Shown: positions 25,068-39,104, counted from the first letter of the stretch. The stretch: DNA of 64,000 nt from Vicugna vicugna (GCA_013265495.1 MU058844.1:6199260-6263259); one strand, 5' to 3'. Notes: generated by a model from the sequence alone, not told the origin. Program-made: numbers and translations.

Positions 25068-26558
25068 AATTCTTTACAGGATAGAAGCTTGACTTTTAGT
25101 CAAGGCTTTCCAGGATGATAAGACCAACAATTTGGGTAAACTGAAAGAAAACAATTTCCTTCCACTGATGATCACAAAAAGAAATGTTTGAGGTTTTTAT
25201 TTTAAACAAAATGATGTAAATAAATGAACATTTCTTGAGGAATTAAAAAAAAATTTTTAACAGAGCCTCATGTTTTAAACCATACCATGTGGTTTGCGTG
25301 GTATACTTTTAGACACTGCGTTTACCAGGCTTGATTTTAAAACCTCTTAAATGCAGAGCACTGACTTTTTAAAGATGCAAAAGGAAAAAAAAAAGATGCT
25401 TTATATCTCATTTGCAGAGTCTACTTTTCTTTCTTTGAGCTCAAAAGCAAGTACCACAGTAGAGGAGACACAAGAAATACTCTCTCATTCTATCATCCTC
25501 AAAAGTTATCTCACAGAAGCAGGACAGATTGCAGAACATGATGAACAGCTCGGAAATTACTGGCAAAAGAGCTTTGCCCTGAGTTTCAACAAGGATCTGG
25601 CCCTAGAAGAAATCATTATAGGTTATATTGCCAAGGAAACATATGCCCCAGAAGCTCCAATTCCCCTCCAGGTCCCATACAAGGAGAAAGGAGAGGGACT
25701 AGAAAGCCAAACAAGGACACGGAAGCAGAGCTGACTGACAGCAATGGACCACTTTCCCCTCAGGACAAGGAAGATTACTCTATCCACTCTGGTTTCTTGG
25801 TCTACTTGGATCTTAATATGTTTTTGCTGTTCCTTATGCTACAGTAATTTTATTTTTTGAAATCTCTACCTTTGAAATTTTGTTGTAGTTTTAAGAAATA
25901 ATGCACAGTTATATTTCTACCATGTGCTAATGTTACCTATTAATGCTTTCTCACATGCCTCATTCATTTTCCTAAATCCTGGGCAAAATCCCCAAAAGGA
26001 AATGTCAGCTGCTTATAATGTTTCCTCTTTAGTAATTTTTCAATTCTGAGAATGTCAATAACCTGGTAATTTTCTCAAAGTACAGCATGACATTAGGAAG
26101 ACTCAGTCAAAATTAACTGTTTCCTAGAGGGTTCTATTCCTATTTTGCAATTGCCATTCAAAAGGAATCACTGGATTTACAAGTAAGTTTTGTGACAGTG
26201 ACTGAAATTTCCCAACCCAAAATTTGCCAGAGATCTTCTCAAAGGAGAAAGGAGAGAAGGAAGTAAGGGAGAAGTTATTTTAGACTTACACAAATTAGAA
26301 AAAGCTGAAATATTTTTAAGCTACTCTTCTCACCCTTGGTAGATTTTACACACACAGCACACACAAAATTGGAGGGAAAGAAGTTTCAGAGAGAAAAAGA
26401 GGTGTACAAGATAACTGTCCCTAAGAATTCTATTGAAATCACAGTAAAGCTTTCTTTGAGTCTGCAGAATTCTGGACCAACAACCACACAAAATTATAGA
26501 GAGAAATAAAGCTGGGGGAAAGTCATTCTTCCTAAAATGTTGGCTCCCCAGGAAGGAA

Positions 26559-26733
26559 GGTGAACCAACCGGTTACACACACACACACACACACCCCACC
26601 CCATACCCCTACTCCCTGTCATTTCAGTTTTCTCAGGGACAAGATGGTGAACCAACCGGTTACACACACACACACACACACCCCCCACACACACCCCTAC
26701 TCCCTGTCATTTCAATTTTCTCAGGGACAAGAT
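26559..26733. repeat. Tandem duplication of an 87/88-bp unit containing a (CA)n tract
   Basis: Unit 1 26559-26645 and unit 2 26646-26733, both 'ggtgaaccaaccggtta(ca)n...cccctactccctgtcatttca[g/a]ttttctcagggacaagat'. Confidence 0.95.
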
Positions 26734-26777
26734 GGCTTGAATGGCATCAAGTATCATAGAACTAAAACAACTGGAGG

Positions 26778-27377
26778 TGTTAGGTAGTTAGATAAGTGGG
26801 GGCACCGGGCAGACAGGTGGAGGAGAGGGAGGATGGTCCGGAAGGTGGTGTTGTGCCCGCCTCCAGCATAAAGGGACTTTCCTTGTTCTAAATGAGCGCC
26901 AGCAAGAAACTGGTTAGAACCTGACAGCCACGACTGGGCCACAGCAGAAAAGACTTAAACAGACACAACCCAATGCTCATTGTGTTATAATTAACCTTGC
27001 GGTTTAATCTCCCCACCATAGGTTTCTCTGTGTACACCATAGGTAAGGACAATGCACAAAGGGCCAAGCACAACCAAGCATTCCAGGGACAAGAGACGTC
27101 AATCAGTCAAGATACCACCTCTCTGTGAGGGCATGAGAGAAAGGGGAGACACAGACCTGCCGCTTTTCCTCCTTTGGCTCATCCTGCCTCTCATGTTTTG
27201 GAGGGGTACCTTTCCTTTTTTTAAAATAAATCTTTTCAAATCTTTCGCCACACAAGGTATCATCTCCTAACTGTAAACTTGTCTTTCAGGTATGACAAGA
27301 GGTCTTCACCTTTTGGGGTAAAAGGATGTTCAACTCTTCAGTCATCTCTGGCTTCTAGCCAGGAAACTATCCCTGCA
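26778..27377 (+). mobile_element. ERV solo LTR (about 600 bp)
   Basis: Starts 'tgttaggtagttaga', GC-richer than flanks, AATAAA 27225-27230, candidate end '...ccctgca' with imperfect TSD ggagg/ggtgg; 3' boundary uncertain. Confidence 0.65.
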
Positions 27378-28020
27378 GGTGGAGGGACATGATTAGAGGC
27401 TGATTAGAACGCTCGAGTGACTTTGGGACTCTCTCGGGTCTGATGGAGCCATTTGGTTGAAGTAGCAAGACATTGACACTTCTGGGCTTTCTTTTCACTG
27501 TGGGTTCTTTCCTAACATTGGACTTTGGCGTGATTCTTATTTATACTTGAACCTTTCTTGCTTCAGTGCTCCTCAGAGCAACTCATGTCATTTGAAAATT
27601 CTTCATATCATAGACCAAAAATCACCCCTTTGAAGTTGTGGCCGTGGGTGCCAGGGGACAAGGGGTACCTGCTGCCTGGGTCAGTGACATTGAAACCATC
27701 ATTTTCCCAGCTTATCTCATCTCTTGTAACTGATTTCTTCCCTGCCACTGGGGCTACCTTCAAGCCGTTGTCTTTTGGGATTTGCAGATTTCACAATGCC
27801 ATACAACTTCTTTTTTTGTTGTAGGTTATTTTTCCAGAAAAAAGGCAGTAAATTCCTAAAATTCATACAAATGTGAAGAAAAGCAGTATGTTACCGGTTG
27901 TTGCTGTTGTTTTATATAGTACAAAATAAAAAGAGTAAAAAGAAAAGGAAAAAAAGTTCTCCTTTGAGGCCTCAGTAGAAGTGAATGGATGATGCTTGTG
28001 AAGAGTAATGCTCTCTTAAA

Positions 28021-28480
28021 ATTACTCAGCCATAAAAAAGAATGTAATAATGTCATTTGCAGCAACTTGGATGGACCTGGAGATTATCATATTGAGTGAA
28101 GTAAGTTAGACAGAGAAAGACAAATATCATATGACATCACTTATGTTACGGAATCTAAAAAAAAATGATACAAATTCTATTTATAAACCAAAAGTGGACT
28201 CGTAGACATAGAAAACAAACTATGGCTACCAAAGGGGAAAAGGCAGGGGAGGGATAAATTAGGGGTTGGGGACTAACAGATACACATTACTATATATAAA
28301 ATAGATAAACAACAAGGACCTACTGTATAGCACAGGGAACTATATTCAATTTCTGATAACAACATATAATGGAAAAGAATCTGAAAAGAAAATATATATA
28401 TGCATGTATATGTATAACTGAATCACTTTGCTGTACCCCTGAAACTAACATTGTAAATCAACTACACTTCAATAAAAAAA
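28021..28480 (+). mobile_element. L1 ORF2 end plus complete 3'UTR
   Basis: 'tactcagccataaaaaagaatg...gcagcaacttggatggacctggagattatcat...aacaaggacctactgtatagcacagggaactatattcaa...ttgtaaatcaactacacttcaataaaaaaa'. Confidence 0.95.
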
Positions 28481-31400
28481 TTTGTTTTAAGTTTGCTAAT
28501 CACGTGCAAAAGAAAAAAAATGTCTTTGTGTGAGACTTCAGATTCATGGACTGCTATTGTTCCTAATTTACTCTTCCCTCTTGAGTAGTGTCTGGATGTG
28601 TCTTACTATCTTACTGAAGATACTTTTTGAAGGCTGGGAAGTGCCAGAGAAAGGTCCCGAGGATACATAATAAAGAGTTATCTGCTTGGGTCTGACTCTC
28701 CCAGGCACTTCTAACGTAAAGGGATTAAAAAGCAACCAACCAACCAACTCTGGGGTTTTAAGGATTAAGTAGTAAGAGTTCTCTTCTATGTCAGAGTTTA
28801 GAACCAACAAATAGATACAAGAGAATTAGAGATAAAATTAGAGGTTTATTATAGATAAAAGCTAGGCTGGCGTATATTGATTAAGTGTGTGGCCAAATGG
28901 ACCTGCTAACACCGTCCCTACACCCACACTCAGTCCAGACCTTGGAACACCCCCCACCTCCGAGCGACAGAGAAAACGCATGCCTCTCTGTGGAGAGGAA
29001 TGTCTAAGAGGCAGAGCAAGGAGGAGGAGTACATTCTAATGGAGATTCCTTCCCAAGAACAAGTGGTGGGGAAATACTAGTACGTGTTCCTCAAGCACAA
29101 AGAGACACCTTTGCGTTTTCCTTATTGCCCAACTCTAATCAGTAGGGCAAGAAAGTTGCCTGAAATCTGGCAGAAGCATACTACCAAGGAAGAGAGAATG
29201 TGCATTTTACTTATGTTTTAACTTTGTTGTGTTTGTTAGAAACCTAAAAATTAGAGAAGCCATTTGTATAAAGTTGGACTCGTTTTCCATTCAATTCTGA
29301 ATGCATTAATATTGTCTAGGGAGCCTTAATACCATAATGTGTCCTTTGAGGGGAGCGGGAGAGACATGTGATGTCCTTTGTTTATCATTTCCAAACTTCT
29401 TTGAGCCTGGGATATTTTGTTGTCTATGCAGTTGCTGGTGTTTCTCAGATACATTTATTCAAATTCTGCATAGCCACTTGTTTCATGGAACACTCCATAG
29501 AAAATGCTGGGTTTTTCTCAAAATAGTCGGCCCTCATCACAGCACCCTCATGAGAGAGACAAACAATAATAACTCGCTTTTTTTTTCAATCTCACATTGA
29601 ACAGGAACATTTCTCCCGGAATTGCAACATGCTTTAAAAATCTTAGCTTGTCGCAGTTTAACTGGTAGCACGCTCTCTTTCCAGGTTGTGCATACAATGT
29701 GTATGTCCTACAACACTGGGGTCTTATTTCAATGACGGTGGAAAGATGGGACATAGAAAGTCTGTTTTCTTTTTTCTATCTGTGTATATCCAACAATATT
29801 CCAAGTCCAGGGTACTCCTAGCATCTAGCTTAGTGCCTGATACACAATAAGTACTCAAGTTTTCTGGTAAAACTAAAGTAAGGAATGAAGACAGGTACGT
29901 GACTTCTCTTACATTTTACAAAGAATTAGAAGCTCATAGGGTTCCTGACTGCAATGGAAACACATGCTATCTCTGGAACTGGGGAAGGTTTCCACGGCAA
30001 ATTATTTCTTTCTGGCCTTTGTAAAGAAAGTATTTGGCATCTTTCTTTTGTTGACATTAAACAATGTCACTTCCCAATTTCCATGCAGCAGAAGTTCATG
30101 GCTGCCAGCTTAGAATAGTTTTGCATTATAAATGGTTTTTTGGTTCCTGTTCACTTCCCTTGTATATTTTAGTCTCTGCCAGATACATTTGTATAATTTG
30201 TTTTAATTCTGAGATCCCATCTAATTTTGATGGCTTCAAATTATATTGGGAAAGCAAGAAAATAACATTGAAATTTTCATTTTTATTTTTTAGCTGGATG
30301 ACTGAGTGGTTCAGCATTAATTTAATATCTTAGCCATATAGGGTCAGTATTAGTAAACACTTTCTGCTGTGAAACAGTTGTTATAGTGATAACTTCCCAA
30401 ATGATGGCAGATTTTCTACTATCTAGTACAAACCTGTTATACTTTGTACAATAAAATGTTTTGTCAATATCAAATTATCTTAGACCCCTGGCTGGAGATG
30501 CAGTGTTTATTCATTATTCTGGTATTTCAGGTAAGTCGAGAATCTTACTTGAGAGGGGTACCAAAGAGTGATTTCCTCATTTTATAAAAAATAATGAATT
30601 ATATAAACGATATGAAAGGTTATTTGCTAACTTTCTGTCTATAGAGACAAGTATTGGTAAGTGAGTCAAGACAGTGAGTCCAGACTTCCAGATTTAATGT
30701 GTAATCTGTAAATCCCACTGGTTAAGCCCCACCTCACCCCCTTTTTTTCCTTATTATTCTTTATTTTCCACATTGGAGATTCTCCACCCTTCAGATTCTT
30801 GCTAGAATAAAAATTCAATGGTCTTGTTAAAGGCTGACCATCTTACCTCACAGTATAAGCACTTAATCTCTCATTATATTGTCATAGAAGAGAGTTTAGG
30901 AAGAGGAAGGGAAGTGTGATTCATCTAAGCAAACATCATTTGAAAATTATATTTCTTTTTCTCCTCTGTTAAAAAAAATGATGGTTATAAGTGGTTGAAA
31001 ATATGTTCTCAGTTGCTTTTCTAAGACCTTCACTCCGGGATCGTGTCCTTTGTTATACAGCATTGCAGGTCAAAGTGTGGTTACGTGGGTGACTTATCAA
31101 GATGCCAGAAATAAATGGCTTCCACTTAAGAATACTTGTGTTTGATGGATTAACACGAAGCAAAGGAATAATGAAAGAGTTTATGGTTTTTCCTAGTGCA
31201 ACTCTACATAAATGGCTAATTTTCAGAAATGCTTCAAGCCAAGGGATCATGTCCAGACTAGATTTCACAAGAAGTCCACTGTGGTGTTTCAGTGACTGGT
31301 GGGCAGTGGATGAATGAAAAGGAGGCCCTGAAACCTAGTTAGGACAACTTGACAAATATTTGGAAGGCATCCATGGGATGTAGGGAGAGAGTCTGAGTCT

Positions 31401-33510
31401 TGTTCTGAATCATTTATTTCCAACCTGAAGTGCTAACATAACCAGTTTCTCTGCCAACATAAAACATGCCTGTATTCTCTCCTTCCCTTCCCTCTAGCTG
31501 TCATTATTTCTTCCTCACTTAGTGTAATAATGAAAAGAGAACTGGTTTTGGAGCCAGAAGGACCAAATATTTTATTAGTATTGGACTCTAAGCAAAGCAT
31601 CAAGTCTAGACAAAAGCTCTATTTGACCATCATTTCCCTCCTTATTGCTCCTTTCTACATCCCTCTCCCAAGTCTCCACCTTATCTAGACTTTCCCTCAT
31701 CATCCAGGAGTGGAGACACCCATCTCTCTTATCAAAAGCCTCCTGTAAAAGCACTGAAGAGCACAACATATCTGCCTACTACACGTGAGGCGCTCCTGGC
31801 TCAGCTCAGAGCTGCCACCAGACCCTTTAATACCAGTATTTTCCCCACCATCAATAGATAAAAAACAAGGACGTTTCTAAATGAGGTTTTTTGGGGTTTT
31901 GTTTGTTTTGTTTTGTTACGAAATCATCACAATAGTCTTGTACTAGAAGAGATTAGCAGAGCTGTCCTTGTTCCCGTTGCTCTCTGCTCTGGGTTCCCAG
32001 AGCCAAACACAAAAACAATGCCTGCTTTCCTGGTGACTACCTTTATGAGTCCCACTTTCTTCAACTCTTCCCACAGGGAGATATGCTATGACAGGCAGAC
32101 GTGAAGTGGTAGACCCAAAGAATTTCCCAAAAGTTTTTTTTTTTTAATTTTCCATGTTCCTATCTTATCATTGATCATGGGAATTTAAGGATAAAAGAGT
32201 TAGATATTTGTGGGTTTTCTGATGAAAGCATCTGAGATTTAGAGGCTATAGCCTCCAGCAGTCATGAAGAACATATTCTAAGTTAAAGAGTGATAACCAG
32301 GAGTGCTCCCCTCCGAGAACTCTCACTGTCAAGTCTTCCACATCGTCACATCCGGGCAAGGAGTCCAGTGGAGAGGACATGATGGCTAAGTCACAAATGT
32401 TACTTTCATATCTCATTTTCCTAAATCTCACTTATCTTTGTACCCATATTCAATTCAATGCAACCTATTATTTCCCCTCCCCTTTTTCAATATCACCTTT
32501 ATCTCTAATGTCTCTCAATATCTTTCCAGAGCCTGCTCAAATATCTCCATGTTGATAAAACATTTTACTGCCAATCTGGGCACCTCTTGTCAATCCCTCC
32601 TTTGCTTCATCAGAATCTATTCATACTTTTAATGTAGAATTTCTAATGAATAGTACTTATCAATTTTCACGAGCTAACTCAGTGCCTTCCACACAATAGG
32701 CCCTCAGTGATCCCACTGCTGGGATGGATGAATAAATAAATGGTTGGCTGGACAAGAATTTTTTCTGCTGGGCCGTAAAGTCATTCTGGGCTTGGAATCA
32801 CTCTGTGATTGAGCAGGTAAAGGTAATTCCATGACCCAGGGGCATTTTTCTGAGTTAGGGTAAGTTTGCTCAGTCCTGGCAACTTGACCACAAAGTCCAA
32901 TTTCATTTATTATCTCCTTCTATTAAGTTCTATTTTCTTATGATATCTCTTAGTCACATGATAACTGCAGTAAGTATCTGCAAATGCTAGGAGCAAAGAT
33001 CACCGTGCGTATCCCTACCAGACTGCCCAGGTCCTGAGAACATGATGCCCTGTTGCTCATACTGTGCCGGTTACCTGCTTGTGCTTTTTACAGGAGCCTC
33101 CATAAAACATACTCATCCGTCTTCTTACAGCCTGTGCAATTTGTGATTTTTAGAGTACATTTTCCTAAGAATAGAATGTGTACACTCTGGATAACCATGA
33201 CGGAATAATCTGTGAATCGGTAAGAGATGTATATTCTGTGCAACCAAAACAATTCAGACTATATTCTGCAGGTTGATCCACATTTTTCTTTCAAGAGCAA
33301 TTGAAATTTTTCTGAAATTTGTTAGTACTTAAACATTCATGTGTAATCTCACTCCTAGATACATTGGTCAACTTTAATAAAAGTTTATTAGACACTTAGT
33401 TTACATTTAAATGTTTAATTTTTTTTATTTTTAAGGAATATATAATAAAAAATACTTATTTTCCTTAAATAGTTCTTTTAGTTAAGAGACAGATGACTTT
33501 CTAACAAGGA

Positions 33511-33524
33511 TCGCCACCTAGTGG
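33511..33524 (-). promoter_or_regulatory. CTCF core motif (reverse orientation)
   Basis: Minus strand reads CCACTAGGTGGCGA; consensus core CCASYAGRKGGCRS matched at 13/14; sits in very AT-rich unique DNA. Confidence 0.65.
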
Positions 33525-33614
33525 TACAATTAGAAATGTATCAAAGGCAGGCATTTTCTATAAGAAAAATTAATGAACATTACTCTTTTTCTGTCTTATG
33601 TATTTTAAATATCT

Positions 33615-33636
33615 TGTGTGTGTGTGTGTGTGTGTG
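33615..33636. repeat. (TG)11 microsatellite
   Basis: Read directly. Confidence 0.95.
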
Positions 33637-34274
33637 CGTTCATTAAAGTATATAGTTAGGAAATGAAATTTAACTTTCCATGTGATGACAATATTTTTTC
33701 TATATTTTGTAAAAATGGCTGCACCAAATATTTGAACATTGTTACTTAATGTGAGGCTTATTTCCTTACTCAGTTGATCTTAATTTATTTCTTAAGACTT
33801 GTATATAGCATACCTATCAATACCAAAGGGAGCAAAATTAATTTTTTTTCAATCCCAAGAGACATCGTGTGTTCTTTTTAAGTTGAATCAGTTGAAATAA
33901 TTCTTAACAGTGAGTTTTGACCTACTGGATTAGGTCCAGAAAAGCATTCTAAATCTTGTGGCCCTCCTTTCTTTCTTGACTTTACATTCCTACAATCCAG
34001 AACTCAAGTCTATAACATAGAACATCAGAGAAGGGTAAGTTATTTGGACCATGGAATAAAAATAAATAAATAAATCTGCCACTTTTCAATGTGACAACAA
34101 AGTTAAGTGATACATTTTATATTTTGGCTGAAAAAGTCTTGAGTCAAATTGCACATTGGCATATAAACTGAAATGAAAATGTTTTCTTTTTTGAGATTAT
34201 TTGTGTTCAAATGGGTGTGTAAAAAGATGCTGCCCGACAAATTAAAGCACGTTCCTTATAACGAACGTACTATT

Positions 34275-34545
34275 TCACTCACGTCTGTTGCTGAGTAATG
34301 AAATAGCTCAAGATTAAGCAGCTTCACACAACAACCATCTTACTGTATCTCACAGTTCTGTCAGTGAGAATTGGGACAGAGCTCGGGTGGGGTTTCTTCT
34401 GTTCTGTGTGACAATAATCGCAAACACTCAAGTGAGATTCAGCGGTCTGGGGGCGCCTTTGTGAGGAGGCCTGGAAAGGGAGGCTCAGCTGGGAGTGTGG
34501 ACCAGATCGCCTGTGCGTGGCTTCACCAGACGTGATACCTACATC
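34275..34545 (-). mobile_element. MaLR LTR fragment (MLT1F/G/H-like), antisense
   Basis: 'ctgttgctgagtaatgaaatagctcaagattaagcagcttcacacaacaacc...tctcacagttctgt', 'ggctcagctgggagtgtggaccaga'. Confidence 0.7.
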
Positions 34546-34794
34546 ATGTGAGAGGTTAGACTAAGGGGACCTCAAGTCAAGGTTCCAACAATGCAGCTGG
34601 ATTTAAAGAGACTAGTCTACTCCTCCTTGGTTTGGAGCGATGATGAGACATTGGGAGTAAGATTAAGATAACATATAATATCACAGAACACTCATCTACT
34701 TCCCATATTGTCTTCACTCTGTAACACAACAACTAGTTAAGTCTTTGAATCAGTGATCTGATTAAAACCCATTTTGAGGTAGGAAATGCCTAGA

Positions 34795-34972
34795 GTGGTG
34801 TTTCTCAATTCTGCTGCATATTAAAATGACTGTAGGAAAATTTTTAAACAGACAGCAGTTCCCTAGCTCTATCCCTAGGGATTTTGACTTGCTTCATCTG
34901 GAGGGGGCTAGACGCTGGTATTTTTTGAAGCACCCCCAGTTATTTTAATGTGCAGCTGAGGCTGAGGACCAG
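34795..34972. mobile_element. MER5-like hAT-Charlie MITE
   Basis: 'gtgtttctcaa...ctgcatattaaaatgac...gcacccccagttattttaatgtgcagctgaggctgaggaccag'. Confidence 0.7.
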
Positions 34973-37900
34973 TCAGTGGCTACATGTCGGTGATGCCCAC
35001 GCTCCATGGTACCACCGTGGGAAACCTAAGCAGCTAAACAGACTTTGCTTGTAAAGTCTGAGGAAGCAAATAGTTATAACTTTAAAGCCATACCTTGTGC
35101 CAAGAACCAGGAGAAAATTAATATATGATTTTTTTTCATTATGCCAATAACTAGGTCTACCTAAAAGTTCATCAGAGCCTATGCAATGTGATCCACATAG
35201 AGGGGAAGTCCTTGTTTAATGTTGGTTTCAAAGAACAGATCTGTTCCTCTTATGAAATCCACGTAGACTGTGACCACACTGAAGTAAGGACAGTATCACA
35301 GTTATCTGGGGACTCCGGTGCCTAACACTCGGCCTTACATAGCAAGACTTTGACAACTCTGTCAAGCTGAGTGCTGTCCCCAGCAGACACCTGATAATAC
35401 ATATTTAGCAGCATGTAATAAGAGATCACTTTATAGATGCTCTTTGGAAGGCAACAGGGATTTATGAACAGTAAATTTTCTAGAAACAAATATGTACTGT
35501 AGACCATTTTCATTTGAACTCAAGCAACATTTTTTGTATCAATCCCAGCTTTATCTCTTGGATAGTTCCTGAAATGCTGGTTTTCCCTAAAATTAAAGAA
35601 TGACACAAATATCTAAAAGTTCATTGAGAACAAAGCTACGATTTCTAGTATATTTCCAATTAAGTTCCCCGTATGTTATTCAATATGCAATTCTTTCAGA
35701 ATTCAAGTGAAGGGTAAAATTAAATTTGCCGTTTAAAAAACTAGTCAGGTGAAAATTTCAAATCTCTCAGTAACCCTGTCACACGTAAATCGCTGCTCTG
35801 CCTTGGGAGTGAGCGTGAGAGAGAACCGGCTGAGTTTTGAGGTGAGAAATAGAGTCATACTTCATTTTTATTTGAAGGCCTTACATTTCTAGCTGAACAC
35901 ACTGGAGTGAATCATTAGTTCCAAGCATCACAGTAAAATTCAACTAAAATACTTCAGGGTTCACTCGTTGTAAATTGTCACGGCGTGATATTCTAACACT
36001 TAAAATCAGGGATTTCCAAGAAGGATGTTTGACAGTCTAAAATTTCCTGGTAACTTTAAATACAAATTATTTTGTACTGTGATCCATAAGAAATGTGTAA
36101 ACTGCTGTGCCAAATTCACCGTAAAAATCACTGCACATGACAACTTACTTGACAATTTTTTTTTCAGAACTAGAAAGTAACAAACAGCCAAAGACAAAAA
36201 GTCTTATATAAAGTACCTTAAATTATTTTCATTTCTGTGAGTTCCTTATTTTTCCTTTTAATGTGTTTTAGTAACTAAAGGAGTTTTATGCTTAGTCTTC
36301 ATATGAATGTTCTACAATGCAAAAGGCAAAACCGGAAAAGCAGGAGAATGAATGCTTATGTGGGTCAACTACATGTAAAAACTGTAATTCTTTGTTTCTC
36401 AACAGTGTCCTCAGCATTGACTGTTACCTCCTCGAAGGCAGGCATTATAACCTAATCCACCACTGGATTCCCAGCACTTGGCACAGAACCTTATGAAAAC
36501 TATTTAGATTTGACGTGTACTCCCCTCTTTTAAATAATGGGATTAAAAGGAATGAAGATACTTGGGAACTTTTTTTGTTAGACTAACATCACTATGGATG
36601 TGGGAACATCTTACAGTATCCAGTTAATCTGCTTACATCTCACAATTTAAAATTGACATTGACAGTAAAAAAAAAAAAATGTTTTCTAGGAATAGAATAA
36701 AATATCATGGTATTCTAAAAATAAACATACTGAAATTTAGACTTGCTTTCAGGAAAAAAATACTTAAATCATGAATCAATGCTGCTCTAACAATAACAGT
36801 TAATACTGCCCCCAGGTGCAATTTGTGCTTACTAGAAAGGGGACGCTCACTACTTCATTGATGAGGCAACTTTCTTCAGAAAATCTGAGTTGAAGCGAAA
36901 AATATTTAGAAGAGGACCAAGAGTTTAATTCGGTTACTACTCAGGAACTGAGGGATCTCTACAGAGGTCCCGGACAGCTGTGTCACAGTGCCCTCCACAA
37001 GGATCCTAGGGGTTTAGAGGGGCACGCTGGGCCTTTCAATTAATCCCTGTATCCAAAAGCATTCCCTGTATAACCCATGATGTATTTTATTGTCCACAAA
37101 TTTATTTATAGATGGATTTGAAGTCATTGCTCAGAGGACATATTCTTTGGGTATGAGGCTTCCTCATGGACTATTTCATGTAGACTGAAAAAAAAAAAAG
37201 AAAAAATCTCAGGAGATTTAGGCAAATCATCAGCATCTACATGTCTACAGTTTGATTATGGTTATATTCATTTACACAACACTCTTGTGAATCATCTCAC
37301 ATAAAGGGTCCTAATGTTGAAGGACTTGCCACTGTGTAAGGTAAGTAAGCTGACTGTTCATTGATGTGTCCGATCCTAACCTAGGCTCTCTTCCTACACT
37401 CCTGCACCAAGAGGTGAGAGAGAAGGAGGTGAAAACAGCACAGGTCAGTGTGTTCTTTTCCCTCCTTCCCTTCCTCTTTTCTTTCATTCTTTTTTATTCT
37501 TTCATTCTTTTTATTTCCTTCCATCCTTCCCTTCTTTCTTCCTCTACTTCTAAACAGATGGCTATGGAAAATTAATAAGAAGACAAGGATTACAAATGTC
37601 ACCTTGAAATCTAAAGCGATGGATCTAGACTTGAGTATCAAGTCCTAAAAGTCTTTAGATGAAAAATAAAGATTCAATCAGCTTTATTAAATGTATCATT
37701 TAATTCAGGCTTGAAATGAAAACTAGAGGCAGATTAGCAGGCATTGGTAAGACGAATATGGGGGAAGATATCAAGTGTATTGTATTGTTTATATTTCTGT
37801 AATTTTTAAAATTTACATTGTGGCTTACATTTAAATGTGGTATTCATTCATCATTATACCTAGATTGATGTTTATGTTATCTCTAAAACGGAAAAGAAAA

Positions 37901-38583
37901 TTAGAGAATTTTCTACACTATCAATCATTCCTATAAGTGGTTCACCCATTAAGACCAAGGGTGCAAGGAATGTGCAATTACTGGTAGTTACTGGCAGAGT
38001 TTCCGGGAGAAAAGAAACATCGATACTAATTTTGCACTCAGCAAAAATTATAACCATCTCTTGGATTAATGAAATGCTAAGGTTCTTTCTGGCTTTATTA
38101 AGTATGCTCTTTCATTTGCCTAAAACCTGACATTTTAAAGGTTTATGCCATACCAGTCAACACTTCTAATATTTTTTCATATTTCTGCAAGATCTCATTC
38201 AAAACTATCAAAGTTTAGGGTGTTCTTGTTTTGTTTTGTTTTGTTTTTGCACTTTCTCCAATTGTGGCTTCTGGCCTCCAGAAAATTTATACAAATTAGA
38301 ACTTTGAATACGCCTAGTTTCAGTGGTCTCTTATCTTGACTCCAGTAAATGATTCTTAAAGTTTACTTAGCATATTAATTAGCTAGATAAAAAGAATTTT
38401 GCTTCTAAAAGTCGTCATTAATGCAACTGTCAAGTTGGAGTACATGTTCATGGAAGTGAGTCTGGAACCCTGTATTTTAGAGTGTTACCTTTTCCTGGTC
38501 TGAGTTACTGAGTACAGACTATTAAAGACAGACAGTATCAAGTTGCCTGGTTTTAGGGGTGGTGGGAACGCAGAACGCCACTG

Positions 38584-39104
38584 TGTAACTGGGAAGAACA
38601 AATCTGTCTCTACAGTAGATCTTTCCCTTTAGTTCTAGCCCTGGGCTCTGTTTCCTGTGCTTAGTCATGCTAGTTCTGCCCTTTTGCAAAAGAAAGTTGC
38701 CTATGGCCCGAAGTATACAGGAGAGCCTATTCTCAAGACTCTGATCTTTAAGGGGATAACAATTTTCCACTCACATATAGATAAAAAGTGATGGAGCAGA
38801 GAATAACATTTGTCTTGTTGGGGATTTGCAGGAACCTCATGACCTGACCTACGTGGACAGATGCAAGAACAAAGGATTCGCACACCGAGAAGTTTGCAGC
38901 AACTAACCCCGCCCACCCCACCCCTTCTTAGTGTGAAAGGAGCCTGAATTCTGACTTGGGTAAGAATACTTCTCTAAGACACTAGTTCCCCATCTTCTCA
39001 GTCTGCTGCTTTCCAAGTAAAGTTGTTATTCCTTGCCCCAACACCGCGGCTCCAATTTACTGGCCTGTCATGTGGCAAGCAGAGTAAGTTTGGACTGGGT
39101 AACA
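38584..39104 (+). mobile_element. ERV1-class solo LTR (MER34/MER39-like)
   Basis: TGTAAC...GTAACA termini; 3' part 'ttccttgccccaacacc...tggcctgtcatgtggcaagcagagtaagtttggactgggtaaca'; no clean TSD. Confidence 0.85.

Noticed and set aside
25351..25734. 127-aa ATG-initiated ORF outside obvious repeats, with an acceptor-like tttgcag at 25417
   Set aside because: No recognisable homology or domain, and a few ORFs of this length are expected by chance across six frames; a tBLASTn/PhyloCSF signal would overturn this
28690..29110. Possible antisense ERVL-type LTR remnant
   Set aside because: LTR-like texture only; no termini, TSD or family motif that I can identify
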